Shown in pieces: positions 22,033 through 31,749 of a DNA stretch of 64,000 nt (the first letter of the stretch is position 1; every line of letters starts with the position of its first letter). The DNA is from Minisyncoccota bacterium (GTDB taxonomy: Bacteria > Patescibacteriota > Minisyncoccia > Phycocordibacterales > UBA5272), in NCBI GenBank assembly GCA_041651055.1, contig JBAZJW010000001.1, positions 691,702 to 755,701 on the forward strand. Reading direction: 5' to 3'. Below the pieces are notes generated by a model that ran no database searches, was not told where the DNA came from, and worked only from the letters and a program-made list of their open reading frames with translations. Position numbers and translations under genes: made by a program.

Positions 22033-22593
22033 ATGACACCACTTTATATTGTTATTGGAATACTTGTTGTGCTCTTACTTGTTGTTGTTGGCATCTATAA
22101 CGGCCTTGTTACATCGCGCATGCGTGTGCGTGAAGCATGGTCAGATATCGACGTACAAATGAAGCGTCGTTTCGACCTTATTCCTAACCTTATTAACACA
22201 GTGAAGGGTTCGACGAATTTCGAAAGCTCTACGCTCGAGAAAGTGATTGAAGCTAGAACAAAAGGCCTACAAGCAAGCACACCTTCTCAGGTAGGTGAGG
22301 CTGATGTTGCTATGCGTGGGGCACTCACAGGATTCTTTGCTCTTGCAGAAAGTTATCCAGATTTGAAATCGAACCAAAACTTCATTGCACTTCAATCTGA
22401 GCTTTCAGATACAGAAAATAAAATACAAGCAGCACGTCGTTTCTATAACAGTGTTGTCACTGAGTACAATACAAAGATAGCAACTGTTCCTGCGAACATC
22501 TTTGCGAATATGTTTTCTTTCACAGCATCAGAATTCTTTGAATTAGAAGCTGGTGAAGAAGCTGCGCGCAAACCCGTCGAAGTAAAGTTTTAG
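22033..22593 (+). CDS. lemA: LemA family protein
   Basis: N-terminal TM, WSDIDVQMKRRFDLIPNL, ESYPDLKSN, ARRFYN. Confidence 0.93.
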   Translation: MTPLYIVIGILVVLLLVVVGIYNGLVTSRMRVREAWSDIDVQMKRRFDLIPNLINTVKGSTNFESSTLEKVIEARTKGLQASTPSQVGEADVAMRGALTGFFALAESYPDLKSNQNFIALQSELSDTENKIQAARRFYNSVVTEYNTKIATVPANIFANMFSFTASEFFELEAGEEAARKPVEVKF

Positions 22594-22664
22594 TTTTTAT
22601 GGTGGATATGTGGATTTTGTATTTTCAAAACTCCTAACCCCTAACTGTTAGCTCCTAACGACTT

Positions 22665-23576
22665 ATGGCCTCCTTCTACACAAAACAATCTTCAAACATA
22701 CGAAAGACATGGTTCCTTATGACAGGATTTTTGCTTGGAATAATTCTGCTTGGTTTTATTCTTTCGTATCTCTACGGAAATCCGAACATTTTGTACGCGG
22801 CGTTTGTCGTCAGTATTTTGCTTAATGTTTTTGCGTATTGGTTTTCAGATCGTGTTGTACTTTCGATGGCTCATGCTACACGTATCGAATCCCATGATCA
22901 GTATCCAGACTTGTGGAACACGATGGAGAATCTTTGTATTACTGCCGGACTTCCAATGCCGGCGCTCTATATTGTGGACGACCCAGCACCGAATGCTTTT
23001 GCAACAGGAAGAAACAAAGATCATGCAGTGGTCGCAGTAACAACAGGTCTTTTACCATTGCTTACGAAGTCAGAGCTTGAAGGAGTGCTTGCTCATGAAC
23101 TCGCGCACATAGGGAATCGCGACATGCTTGTCCAGACCGTCATCGTCGTGTTTGCAGGGCTTATTTCTTTTGTGGCAGATTTTGCTCTTCGTGCTTCTAT
23201 GTTTGGCGGAGGGTCTGATGAAAAGAAGAATCCTCTCGTTATGATTCTTGGTATTATTGCGATTCTCTTGGCTCCACTTGCAGCTATGGTTATTAAGCTC
23301 GCCGTTTCTCGTGAGCGAGAATTTTTGGCAGATGCAACCGGTGCGCTCATTACACGATATCCAGAAGGGTTAGCCTCTGCGCTCGAAAAGATAAGTAATT
23401 TCCATCAGCCGATGCGAGTGCAACACAACGCTATCGCGCATTTATTTATTTCTGATCCATCTGGATCAAACGATGAATCAGAAATTCGAGAACACGAGAA
23501 TGTTTCATGGATTGCAAAACTCTTCATGACACATCCGCCAGTTAAAGAACGAATAGCAAGACTTATCGCGCGTTAG
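22665..23576 (+). CDS. htpX: M48 membrane zinc metalloprotease HtpX
   Basis: PNAFATG, AHELAH, SREREFLAD, THPP. Confidence 0.93.
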   Translation: MASFYTKQSSNIRKTWFLMTGFLLGIILLGFILSYLYGNPNILYAAFVVSILLNVFAYWFSDRVVLSMAHATRIESHDQYPDLWNTMENLCITAGLPMPALYIVDDPAPNAFATGRNKDHAVVAVTTGLLPLLTKSELEGVLAHELAHIGNRDMLVQTVIVVFAGLISFVADFALRASMFGGGSDEKKNPLVMILGIIAILLAPLAAMVIKLAVSREREFLADATGALITRYPEGLASALEKISNFHQPMRVQHNAIAHLFISDPSGSNDESEIREHENVSWIAKLFMTHPPVKERIARLIAR

Positions 23577-23603
23577 TTTTATTGATATACTCATAATCAT
23601 TAT

Positions 23604-24173
23604 ATGAAAACAACAACAATTATTTGGGGAAGTGTTATTGGGCTTGCACTTATTATTTCTTTGTGGGGATTTTCGACATACAATTCACTTGTAAAAGCAA
23701 ATCTTGCAGTTGATACACAATGGGCACAAGTTGAAGCTCAGTACCAAAGGAGATTTGATTTAATTCCAAGTTTAGTTGCATCAGTGCAAGGTATTTTTGA
23801 TCAAGAAAAAAGTGTTTTTGGAGATATTGCTAAAGCTCGTCAGGGATATGCCGGAGCTAAGACAGTAGATGAGAAGGCACAAGCAGCATCTCAAATGGAA
23901 GGAGCACTAGGGAGACTTCTTGTGATTACAGAAAATTATCCTCAACTTGCTTCGAGTCAGACAGTACAGAATCTCATGACTCAATTAGAAGGAACAGAGA
24001 ATCGCGTTTCTACAGAACGTGGACGTTTCAACGAATCTGTTAGTACATTGAATGCGAAAGTTCTATCTTTCCCTACAAATATTTTTAGTAAAATGTTTGG
24101 TTTTAATGCACGCACCTTCTTTAAGGCAACAGAACAAGCGTCAGTTGCTCCCGTTGTTGAATTTAAGAAATAG
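23604..24173 (+). CDS. lemA: Second LemA family protein
   Basis: WAQVEAQYQRRFDLIP, ENYPQL, LEGTENR. Confidence 0.92.
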   Translation: MKTTTIIWGSVIGLALIISLWGFSTYNSLVKANLAVDTQWAQVEAQYQRRFDLIPSLVASVQGIFDQEKSVFGDIAKARQGYAGAKTVDEKAQAASQMEGALGRLLVITENYPQLASSQTVQNLMTQLEGTENRVSTERGRFNESVSTLNAKVLSFPTNIFSKMFGFNARTFFKATEQASVAPVVEFKK

Positions 24174-24176
24174 TAT

Positions 24177-25067
24177 ATGCGATGGCTGCTCGTTGCTTGT
24201 CTGAGTGCTCTTGTTTTTACGAGTACTGCTTTTGCTTTTGATGCGCCTTCAAAACCTACAGGGTATGTGAATGATTACGCGGGCATCCTTTCGGTAGAGA
24301 CAAAGCAAGGGCTTGAAAAAGAACTTACTTTATTTACAGCAAGTACAACTAATGAAATTGCTGTAGTTACGGTTCCGGATCTTGGGGGAATTACTATCGA
24401 AGAATACGCAATCAAGATTTTTGATGCGTGGAAAATAGGAAAAGAAAAACAAGATAACGGTGTACTTTTTTTGATAGCCCCAAACGACAGAACGGCTCGC
24501 ATAGAGGTTGGGTATGGTTTAGAAGGTGCACTTCCAGATATCCTTGCTAAGGATATTTTGAACACAAAAGTTTTTCCTGAATTCAAAAATGGCAATTACA
24601 ATCTTGGCATCTTGCAGGGGGTGAAAGCTATCGCAGAAGCAACAAAAGGTGAGTATTCTCCTGTTGGAACAAATAAGAACTCGTCAGGAAATTCTAACCT
24701 GTCAGGTATTGCTATTTTTATTATCATTATCTTTCAGTTTTTTTCAGCATTGTTTGCGAGAAGTAAATCATGGTGGGCTGGTGCTATAGCGGGAGGGCTT
24801 CTCAGTGGCGGCATTGTATATTTTTTTGGATATATATTTGGTGTTACTTTTATTGTCGGTGTTGGGGTTGTCGTTGTTTCAATCTTTTTAGGAGCGCTGT
24901 TTGATTACATTGTTTCATCTGGTTATCAAAAAGCTAAGCTTCAAGGTTCTTCGGTTCCTTGGTGGGCAGGAGGTGGGTCCGGATCTTCATCGAGTTCCAG
25001 CGGCGGGTCATTTGGTGGCTTTGGAGGGGGCTCCTCCGGTGGAGGGGGCGCGAGTGGCAGCTGGTAA
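24177..25067 (+). CDS. TPM-domain (YgcG-like) membrane protein with Gly-rich tail
   Basis: VNDYAGIL, DNGVL, RIEVGYGLEGALPD, C-terminal FGGGSSGGGGASGSW. Confidence 0.92.
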   Translation: MRWLLVACLSALVFTSTAFAFDAPSKPTGYVNDYAGILSVETKQGLEKELTLFTASTTNEIAVVTVPDLGGITIEEYAIKIFDAWKIGKEKQDNGVLFLIAPNDRTARIEVGYGLEGALPDILAKDILNTKVFPEFKNGNYNLGILQGVKAIAEATKGEYSPVGTNKNSSGNSNLSGIAIFIIIIFQFFSALFARSKSWWAGAIAGGLLSGGIVYFFGYIFGVTFIVGVGVVVVSIFLGALFDYIVSSGYQKAKLQGSSVPWWAGGGSGSSSSSSGGSFGGFGGGSSGGGGASGSW

Positions 25068-25153
25068 AATGTCGGATTTTTAATTAATAAATTCATATCT
25101 AAAAATATGATAGAATAATCACGGCGCACACAGTGCGCCGTGATTATTGTTAT

Positions 25154-25188
25154 GGAGGCGTCGGATAGTGGTTTATTGCACCACTTTG
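25154..25188 (+). pseudogene. 5'-half fragment of a tRNA-Ser-like gene
   Basis: GGAGGCGTCGGATAGTGGTTTATTGCACCACTTTG, similar to 25269-25303, breaking off in the anticodon. Confidence 0.75.
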
Positions 25189-25268
25189 TTCCCGATTTTT
25201 TAAGTTGTACTCAACTTGTTAAAATCGCAATCCAGAAAAAAGTAAAATAATTGTATTGTTTTTAATGC

Positions 25269-25355
25269 GGAGGCGTCGCATAGTGGTCTAGTGCACTACC
25301 TTGGAAAGGTAGCAACGGGGTAACCTGTTCGAGAGTTCAAATCTCTCCGCCTCCG
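25269..25355 (+). tRNA. tRNA-Ser(GGA)
   Basis: GGAGGCG/CGCCTCC acceptor, CTACC-TT-GGA-AA-GGTAG, long variable arm, G discriminator. Confidence 0.95.
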
Positions 25356-25388
25356 CTTTGAAAACAATCTGTTCTACTTTTTTTCGGA

Positions 25389-25440
25389 GAAAGGTAGCAA
25401 CGGGGTAACCTGTTCGAGAGTTCAAATCTCTCCGCCTCCG
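25389..25440 (+). repeat. Exact 52-bp duplicate of the tRNA-Ser 3' half
   Basis: Identical to 25304-25355. Confidence 0.9.
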
Positions 25441-25449
25441 CAAAATCGC

Positions 25450-25636
25450 GAGCGTACTCGCGACCAGATTTTGCTAGTGCATTTCAAGGAGCGTACTCGC
25501 GACTATGAATATGCCTCCGCAAACAAATATAAAAAGACTACTAAAATCAGAAGTTTATTTTGTGTGAGCGTACTCGCGACCAGATTTTGCTAGTGCATTT
25601 CAAGGAGCGTACTCGCGACTATGAATATGCCTCCGC
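25450..25636 (+). repeat. Two identical 71-bp units (25450-25520, 25566-25636), each with two GAGCGTACTCGCGAC motifs and ending in the tRNA 3' end GCCTCCGC
   Basis: Direct comparison of the sequence. Confidence 0.85.
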
Positions 25637-25667
25637 TCTGAAAAGAATCAATTTACTTTGTGTCGGA

Positions 25668-25717
25668 GAAAGGTGATAAGGTGAAAGCCTTCACGGGTTC
25701 GAATCCCGCACCCTCTG
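25668..25717 (+). pseudogene. 3'-half fragment of a different tRNA-Ser-like gene
   Basis: GAAAGGTGAT-AAGGTGAAAGCCTT variable arm, GGGTTCGAATCCC T-arm, ACCCTCTG. Confidence 0.7.
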
Positions 25718-25829
25718 CTTTGCTCGGGAGAAAGGTAGTAATAGGCGATTTTTAAGCGTAAAAATCGCGTCGAAATTAGCAAATTTCGACGTAAATAAAT
25801 CGCACTGTCTCCTTTAAAAATAACCCTTC

Positions 25830-26420
25830 CTAATTCCCCTCAGAAATTTTAGCTTTAAAAAATTCTTCGATATCAATCTCATACCACTCTTTCGGAATTT
25901 TTTCTCTAAACCAAATACTTCGTTCGTAGTCATCGAGTTCTGTTGCGATGACCCATGTCAGAATAACGACAAAGACTATACAAAAAACAGACGCTCCTCC
26001 TATAATGAGATTTTCATAATTAAAGAGCATTGAGAGAATTATTAATATACATGATGGTGCTCCAACTAAAATATGCATCATAATAGGTATCTGCTCATCA
26101 CGATAAAGAAGAAATGTTTCAAGATCCTTCCGTAAAACACATTTTGAAATAATTTTATATTCTTTAAAGACTGACTCTACAGCAATACTTGCGAATATGA
26201 CATAAATGAAAGCAACAAGAGGCATAATCATGAAGAGGATTGGATTTTCTGCTTCTTTACTAAACATAAGACCATTTTGAATAAAAACATATTTCCAGAT
26301 GCCAACCATAATAATCCCAGCCACAATAGGCTTGAGGATAATAGGAAGATGTCGTTTCAGTGTATTCCAGTTCCTGTTCCAAGGAATGTAATTTCTTTTT
26401 CTAACGATTGTTGTTTCCAT
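25830..26420 (-). CDS. Hypothetical 4-TM membrane protein
   Basis: Four hydrophobic segments, AT-rich, next to the tRNA-Ser locus. Confidence 0.7.
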   Translation of the reverse strand: METTIVRKRNYIPWNRNWNTLKRHLPIILKPIVAGIIMVGIWKYVFIQNGLMFSKEAENPILFMIMPLVAFIYVIFASIAVESVFKEYKIISKCVLRKDLETFLLYRDEQIPIMMHILVGAPSCILIILSMLFNYENLIIGGASVFCIVFVVILTWVIATELDDYERSIWFREKIPKEWYEIDIEEFFKAKISEGN

Positions 26421-26565
26421 GATAGTTGAATACTATTCTTCTCTAGAGCGCTAGTCAATAGAGCGTAATCTGGGCTGGACTCTGTTATGTGGTTATTTTC
26501 TTGTTGTCGAAAAAAGTGCGCAATTTGAAAATTACTAGACATCTAGTGCTATACTAAACTTAACT

Positions 26566-28611
26566 ATGCAAGAAAAGATTTCTTCGTTTTTACGTATCAA
26601 ATGGGCCCTTCTTCTGTATACAGGTGTTAGTATTGTTTGTGCACTTTCTCTTTCTTTCTATGCACAAGATGTCGGCCTTCGTCTATTTGATTTTGTTGCA
26701 CAAAACCAAGAAAAGAAATTAATAACCTATTTACGTACCGAAGGGGATTCAATTATAGAAAAAGTATCCACATTCAGTGCGAGAGATGATGTTAAAGAGT
26801 CTTTGCGTCAGAAAGATGTATCAAGACTTACAGAACTTTTGGAACAAGCAAAGATATCCACGGGACTTATGGCCTTCACAGCGGCAGATGCTCAAGGTGT
26901 TGCATTATCTCGTTTTCCCGTAAAAGCAAACCTTGGGGATAATGTGTTTCTTACACTTCCGATCGGGAGAATCGCTTCACAAGGGGCGACAGCTATTACC
27001 TATGGTCCAGGAAGAAACTTTTCTTTAACCATGGCGTCAGGCCATTTGGTTCAAGACAAAGGAATTCTTCTCGGTGCAGTTTTTGGAGGACATTGGTTCA
27101 ATAGTTCTTATGCAAAAGCTTTCAAAACAAATTATCTGAGCTCTTTTTTGAAACAAGAAGTCATTTTTTATTCGAAAGAAGAAGGAATGACCGGGAGTAG
27201 TTTTGAGAGTATAGATGTTCAAAATAAGCTCAGTACATACGTGACACATGCCTCACCACTTATTCAGGAGGGGAGATCGGGAGACTTGATAAACATTAAT
27301 GGAAAGGATTATATAGTGACGAACCATCTTCTTTCTGGAGGCGAAGAAGTGTATGGAGGAATTCTCTTGCTCACTCCTTTACCAAAGACTCTTTTGTTTA
27401 GAAGTTTAGTTATGTCTTTTGTGCTAACACTCCTTTTCCTCATCAGTCTTCTTCTTGTTGAAAAAGTTACCGTGCCAGAACTTTTACGGTTTAAGAAAAA
27501 GCACTTATATTGGCTTCTCCTTATTCTTTCATTGATTGTTTTAGTTACGTTGTGGATGGGGATATATCTTCACGGAAAGTCAGCAACGATGCAATTGGAT
27601 AAGCCAAAGTTTGCCATATATAATTCAACTATAAAGTTACGACCTGAGGCCGGGGTGTACACCATGGGGCATACACAACAGGTTTCTATTGTTGTTTCTT
27701 CTGGTGGGGAAGAGATAAATGCTGTGAAGGTTGGTTTACATTTTAATCCAAAAGTAATTCATGTCGACTCAGTTTCTTTTGATCGATCGATTTGTACACC
27801 AGAAACAATTATTGAGAACAATATTGATAATACAGAAGGAACTATTTCAGTTTCTTGCGTCATCACAGAAAAAGTATTCTCGGATATACGAGGGGTTGTC
27901 GCTGATATTAATTTTACACCAGTCAAATTTGGCGACGCAGCTATTACCTTTACTGACGATACTCACGTGCTTGCTGCAGACGGGCTCGGCACAGAAGTTC
28001 TTCGTTCGATGACGTCTGGTTTTTATAGAGTTTTTGATGATAAAGATTTAGAGGATTCTTTTTCTAAAAATACGCTTATCATTCCCTACTCTCCTACGCA
28101 TGAAAATAGTTCTAGATGGTATAGTAGCAACAACATAACCGTAGCGTGGCCAAAAGTAGAAGGAGCAGACTATCTCTATGAATTTTCAGAAGATGCAACG
28201 ACGACATTCAGTAATCCAAAGAAGATACATGCCAATGAAATTAAAATAGTGGCCCCTCATGATGGTGTATATTATTTTAAACTTGCAGCAAAGAAGGGTG
28301 ATGTCGAAGGTCTTATATCGCGTCTTAAGATTAAGATAGATACAACAGCTCCAGGTATTCCTTTGATTAAGGTAAGTAATCTTTCTGTCATAAAAGATAA
28401 TGTTGTACGTTTTGAATTAAGTTCAGATGACGAGTCTAGTGGTTTGCAAAAGAATTTTTATGTACAGGTTGATGGTAGTGTTTGGTTGCCGTCATTTGCG
28501 AAGTTATATATGCCTTTCCATGATAAAGGTAGTCACATTGTAGGGGTGAGAGTCTTTGATAATGCGGAAAACTATTCTGAGTCGGAAGTGAGAATTCGTG
28601 TTAAAAATTAA
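26566..28611 (+). CDS. Membrane protein: Cache-like sensor domain, TM pair, cohesin-like and Ig-like domains
   Basis: TM1; FTAADAQGVALSR and ILLGAVFGG Cache-like strands; two TMs; INAVKVGLHFNP..VLAADGLGTEVL cohesin-like; YYFKL..IDTTAP, DDESSG, VRVFDNAEN Ig-like. Confidence 0.65.
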   Translation: MQEKISSFLRIKWALLLYTGVSIVCALSLSFYAQDVGLRLFDFVAQNQEKKLITYLRTEGDSIIEKVSTFSARDDVKESLRQKDVSRLTELLEQAKISTGLMAFTAADAQGVALSRFPVKANLGDNVFLTLPIGRIASQGATAITYGPGRNFSLTMASGHLVQDKGILLGAVFGGHWFNSSYAKAFKTNYLSSFLKQEVIFYSKEEGMTGSSFESIDVQNKLSTYVTHASPLIQEGRSGDLININGKDYIVTNHLLSGGEEVYGGILLLTPLPKTLLFRSLVMSFVLTLLFLISLLLVEKVTVPELLRFKKKHLYWLLLILSLIVLVTLWMGIYLHGKSATMQLDKPKFAIYNSTIKLRPEAGVYTMGHTQQVSIVVSSGGEEINAVKVGLHFNPKVIHVDSVSFDRSICTPETIIENNIDNTEGTISVSCVITEKVFSDIRGVVADINFTPVKFGDAAITFTDDTHVLAADGLGTEVLRSMTSGFYRVFDDKDLEDSFSKNTLIIPYSPTHENSSRWYSSNNITVAWPKVEGADYLYEFSEDATTTFSNPKKIHANEIKIVAPHDGVYYFKLAAKKGDVEGLISRLKIKIDTTAPGIPLIKVSNLSVIKDNVVRFELSSDDESSGLQKNFYVQVDGSVWLPSFAKLYMPFHDKGSHIVGVRVFDNAENYSESEVRIRVKN

Positions 28612-28898
28612 TGATCGCTCCATCATTTAAAGAGAGGGTTCTTACTATTGTCAGGGAAATTCCCAAGGGAAGAGTCCTTTCGTATGGTGAGGTAGCGAAG
28701 TGTGCTGGTAGTCCTCAGGCTTTTCGTGCTGTGGGGACGGTGTTGGCAAAAAATGAGGATGTATCGGTGCCGTGTCATCGTGTTATACGATCTGATGGGC
28801 ATGCTGGTACCTATAATGGATTACAAGGAAAGAGTAAAGAAGCTGTTTTGCGTAGTGAAGGGGTAATCTTTGATAAAAATAATAAGGTGGTAGTATAG
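28611..28898 (+). CDS. O6-alkylguanine alkyltransferase C-terminal domain protein (MGMT family)
   Basis: IPKGRVLSYGEVA, RAVG, PCHRV. Confidence 0.9.
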   Translation: MIAPSFKERVLTIVREIPKGRVLSYGEVAKCAGSPQAFRAVGTVLAKNEDVSVPCHRVIRSDGHAGTYNGLQGKSKEAVLRSEGVIFDKNNKVVV

Positions 28899-28902
28899 GT
28901 AG

Positions 28903-29373
28903 ATGAAAATTGCTGTCCTTGATAACCTCCGCTCTGTGCACAATGTCGGTTCTATTTTTAGAACTTGTAATGCTGTTGGAATAGAAAAGATATATTTGTG
29001 TGGTACGACACCGACTCCTTTAGATAAAAAGGGGGGCAGAAGAAAAGATTTTGCAAAGGTGGCGCTTGGTGCGGAAGATACTGTCCTCTGGGAATATATC
29101 GAGAGCACTGCTTCATGTATTGATACTCTTAGTGCGACAGGTTTTTACTGTATTGCTCTTGAACAAGCTGACACTTCTGTTGACTATAAAAATGTCGATG
29201 TCACGGGAAAAGAAAATATTGCTTTTATTATTGGGAATGAAGTTGATGGCATTTTGCCAGACGTTGTTTCGAAATGTGACGTGGTTGCAGAAATTCCTAT
29301 GCTTGGCACGAAAGAATCTCTGAATGTTACCATTGCTTTTGGTATCGCGGTGTACAGAATTCTCGGTATTTAG
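28903..29373 (+). CDS. TrmH/SpoU family RNA methyltransferase
   Basis: NVGSIFRT, GNEVDG, IPMLGTKESLNV. Confidence 0.92.
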   Translation: MKIAVLDNLRSVHNVGSIFRTCNAVGIEKIYLCGTTPTPLDKKGGRRKDFAKVALGAEDTVLWEYIESTASCIDTLSATGFYCIALEQADTSVDYKNVDVTGKENIAFIIGNEVDGILPDVVSKCDVVAEIPMLGTKESLNVTIAFGIAVYRILGI

Positions 29374-29582
29374 ACTCATCTTTGGTATATCGTGTGAAAG
29401 ATCGAGAAAGGATGTGTCGTCTTTTGTTACAGCAACCCAGCTCTCTTTTTTGTAAAGACATTTTCTAAATGAGTGAGTCATTGCATGGCTTTTTCTGTCC
29501 ACCTTTTACTGTTGCGCAACTCCTAAACTAGCAGGATAATGAAACTATAGGGAGGTTATTATTCACGTTATATTTTATTGTC

Positions 29583-31748
29583 ATGCTTACAACCATCATC
29601 AAAAGAACAGGGGAAAAGGAAACTTTCGAGAAGGCAAAAATTACAAAAGCACTTACTAAAGCTGGTGCCGCAACTAAAGAATTTAATGATGAGCAGGCAA
29701 TTATATTAACGGAAAAAGTAATCGCATACCTCGAAGGAAAAGTTCATAATGGTATTGCTCAAATAGAACAAGTGCAAGATGCTGTTGAGCATGTCTTGAT
29801 GACATCTCGTTACAAAGCAACAGCTAAGGCCTATATTCTCTACCGTGAACAGCATGCTGAGATGCGGTCATTTGCTACGATGTCCTCACTTGGTTTGGTA
29901 GATAATTACTTGGACAAGCTCGATTGGCAAGTGAAGGAAAACAGTAACATGGGGTACTCATTACAAGGGCTCAACAATTATATTTTTTCTGAAGTAAGTA
30001 AAACATACTGGCTCAACAAAATTTATCCACAAGAAATTCGTACAGCGTATGAAAATGGCGACCTCCATATTCACGATCTTGGAACACTTTCGATTTATTG
30101 TGTTGGGTGGGATTTAACTGACTTGCTCACGGTTGGCTTTAAGGGTGTGTCTGACAAAATAGAATCAGCACCACCAAAACATTTTCGCACCGCACTCGGT
30201 CAAATTGTAAACTTCATGTACACCATGCAAGGTGAGGCTGCAGGAGCAATTGCATTTTCAAACTTCGATACATTGCTCGCACCGTTTATTCGCTATGACA
30301 AACTCTCTCAAGGAGAAGTGAAGCAGGCGATTCAGGAATTCGTCTTTAACATGAACGTACCGACACGTGTAGGATTCCAGACACCATTTTCAAATATCAC
30401 ACTTGATCTTACGCCGTCCGTAAACTTCAAAAACCTGCCCGCTATTATCGGAGGTAAACCACAAGCAGAAACGTATGGAGATTTTCAGGAAGAAATGGAC
30501 ATGTTCAACGAAGCTTTTTTCGCCGTCATGGCAGAAGGAGATTCGGCAGGACGAGTATTTTCATTCCCGATTCCAACCGTCAATATCACAAAAGATTTTA
30601 ATTGGGAAAACCCAAAGCTAAAAGGGTTATGGGAAATTACAGCGAAGTACGGTATTCCATACTTCAGTAATTTCGTGACATCGGATATGAAACCAGAAGA
30701 TACACGGTCCATGTGTTGTCGTCTTCGCCTTGATCTCGAAGAATTGGATCGTCGAGGAGGAGGACTCTTTGGAGCAAATGCGCTCACTGGCTCTGTGGGG
30801 GTTGTGACGATCAACTTGCCACGTATCGCGTACCTCGCGAAGTCAAAGCACGGGAGTTCTCTTGATGAAGCAAAGACGGCTTTTTATGAACGACTCGACG
30901 CACAAATGGATATCGCAAAAGAAAGTCTGGAAATCAAGAGAAAGTTACTCGAGAAATTAACCGATGCGAATCTCTACCCATACACAAAGTTTTATTTGAG
31001 AAATATTAAAAAATCATTTGGCCAGTATTGGACGAATCACTTTTCTACGATTGGACTTATCGGTATGAATGAAGTGACCCTAAACTTGTTCGGAGAAAAC
31101 ATCGGAAGCAAAGTAGGGCGACAGTTCGCAGGTGAAGTACTTGATCATATGCGCCACCGCTTGATCGGCTATCAGCACGAAACCGGGAATCTTTACAACC
31201 TCGAAGCTACCCCTGCCGAAGGAGTGACGTATCGTTTTGCTTCTCGTGATAAAAAAGTGTATCCGGATATTATTGTCGCCAATGAAGCAGAAACCAAAAA
31301 AGGAGCACAACCATTCTATACGAACTCATCACATTTACCAGTGAATTACACACAGGATATTGTTGAGACGCTTGATATTCAAGATGGTCTACAAACAAAG
31401 TACACAGGAGGAACGGTTATTCATCTTTTCTTGGGTGAACGTGTATCGGACTATCGAGCTGTTCCGAATCTTGTAAAGAAAATTTGTGAAAATTACAAAT
31501 TGCCATACTTTACGATTACGCCGACATTCAGTGTATGTTCTGCGCATGGCTATGTTGCTGGAGAACATTTCAAGTGCCCAACATGTAATACCAATTGTGA
31601 AGTGTATTCACGTATCGTCGGCTACTTGCGTCCAGTGAGTCAGTGGAATGAAGCCAAGCAAGCAGAATATGATATACGAGAAATGTATATACCAGAAAGT
31701 GTACCTGCTCATGCCGAAGCAATGAAGGTGCTACAAGCGAGCGCATAA
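29583..31748 (+). CDS. nrdD: Anaerobic (class III) ribonucleoside-triphosphate reductase with ATP cone
   Basis: N-terminal IIKRTG ATP cone, HIHDL, SMCCRL, C-terminal Cys cluster, YSRIVGYLRP glycyl-radical loop. Confidence 0.96.
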   Translation: MLTTIIKRTGEKETFEKAKITKALTKAGAATKEFNDEQAIILTEKVIAYLEGKVHNGIAQIEQVQDAVEHVLMTSRYKATAKAYILYREQHAEMRSFATMSSLGLVDNYLDKLDWQVKENSNMGYSLQGLNNYIFSEVSKTYWLNKIYPQEIRTAYENGDLHIHDLGTLSIYCVGWDLTDLLTVGFKGVSDKIESAPPKHFRTALGQIVNFMYTMQGEAAGAIAFSNFDTLLAPFIRYDKLSQGEVKQAIQEFVFNMNVPTRVGFQTPFSNITLDLTPSVNFKNLPAIIGGKPQAETYGDFQEEMDMFNEAFFAVMAEGDSAGRVFSFPIPTVNITKDFNWENPKLKGLWEITAKYGIPYFSNFVTSDMKPEDTRSMCCRLRLDLEELDRRGGGLFGANALTGSVGVVTINLPRIAYLAKSKHGSSLDEAKTAFYERLDAQMDIAKESLEIKRKLLEKLTDANLYPYTKFYLRNIKKSFGQYWTNHFSTIGLIGMNEVTLNLFGENIGSKVGRQFAGEVLDHMRHRLIGYQHETGNLYNLEATPAEGVTYRFASRDKKVYPDIIVANEAETKKGAQPFYTNSSHLPVNYTQDIVETLDIQDGLQTKYTGGTVIHLFLGERVSDYRAVPNLVKKICENYKLPYFTITPTFSVCSAHGYVAGEHFKCPTCNTNCEVYSRIVGYLRPVSQWNEAKQAEYDIREMYIPESVPAHAEAMKVLQASA

Positions 31749-31749
31749 C

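Noticed and set aside
22033-25067. lemA-htpX-lemA-TPM as a novel system
   Set aside because: lemA-htpX and lemA-TPM pairings are both common; only their juxtaposition is notable.
25450-25636. GAGCGTACTCGCGAC x4 as a CRISPR array
   Set aside because: Repeat is too short, the spacers are themselves duplicated, and there are no cas genes; it is a duplicated 71-bp unit.
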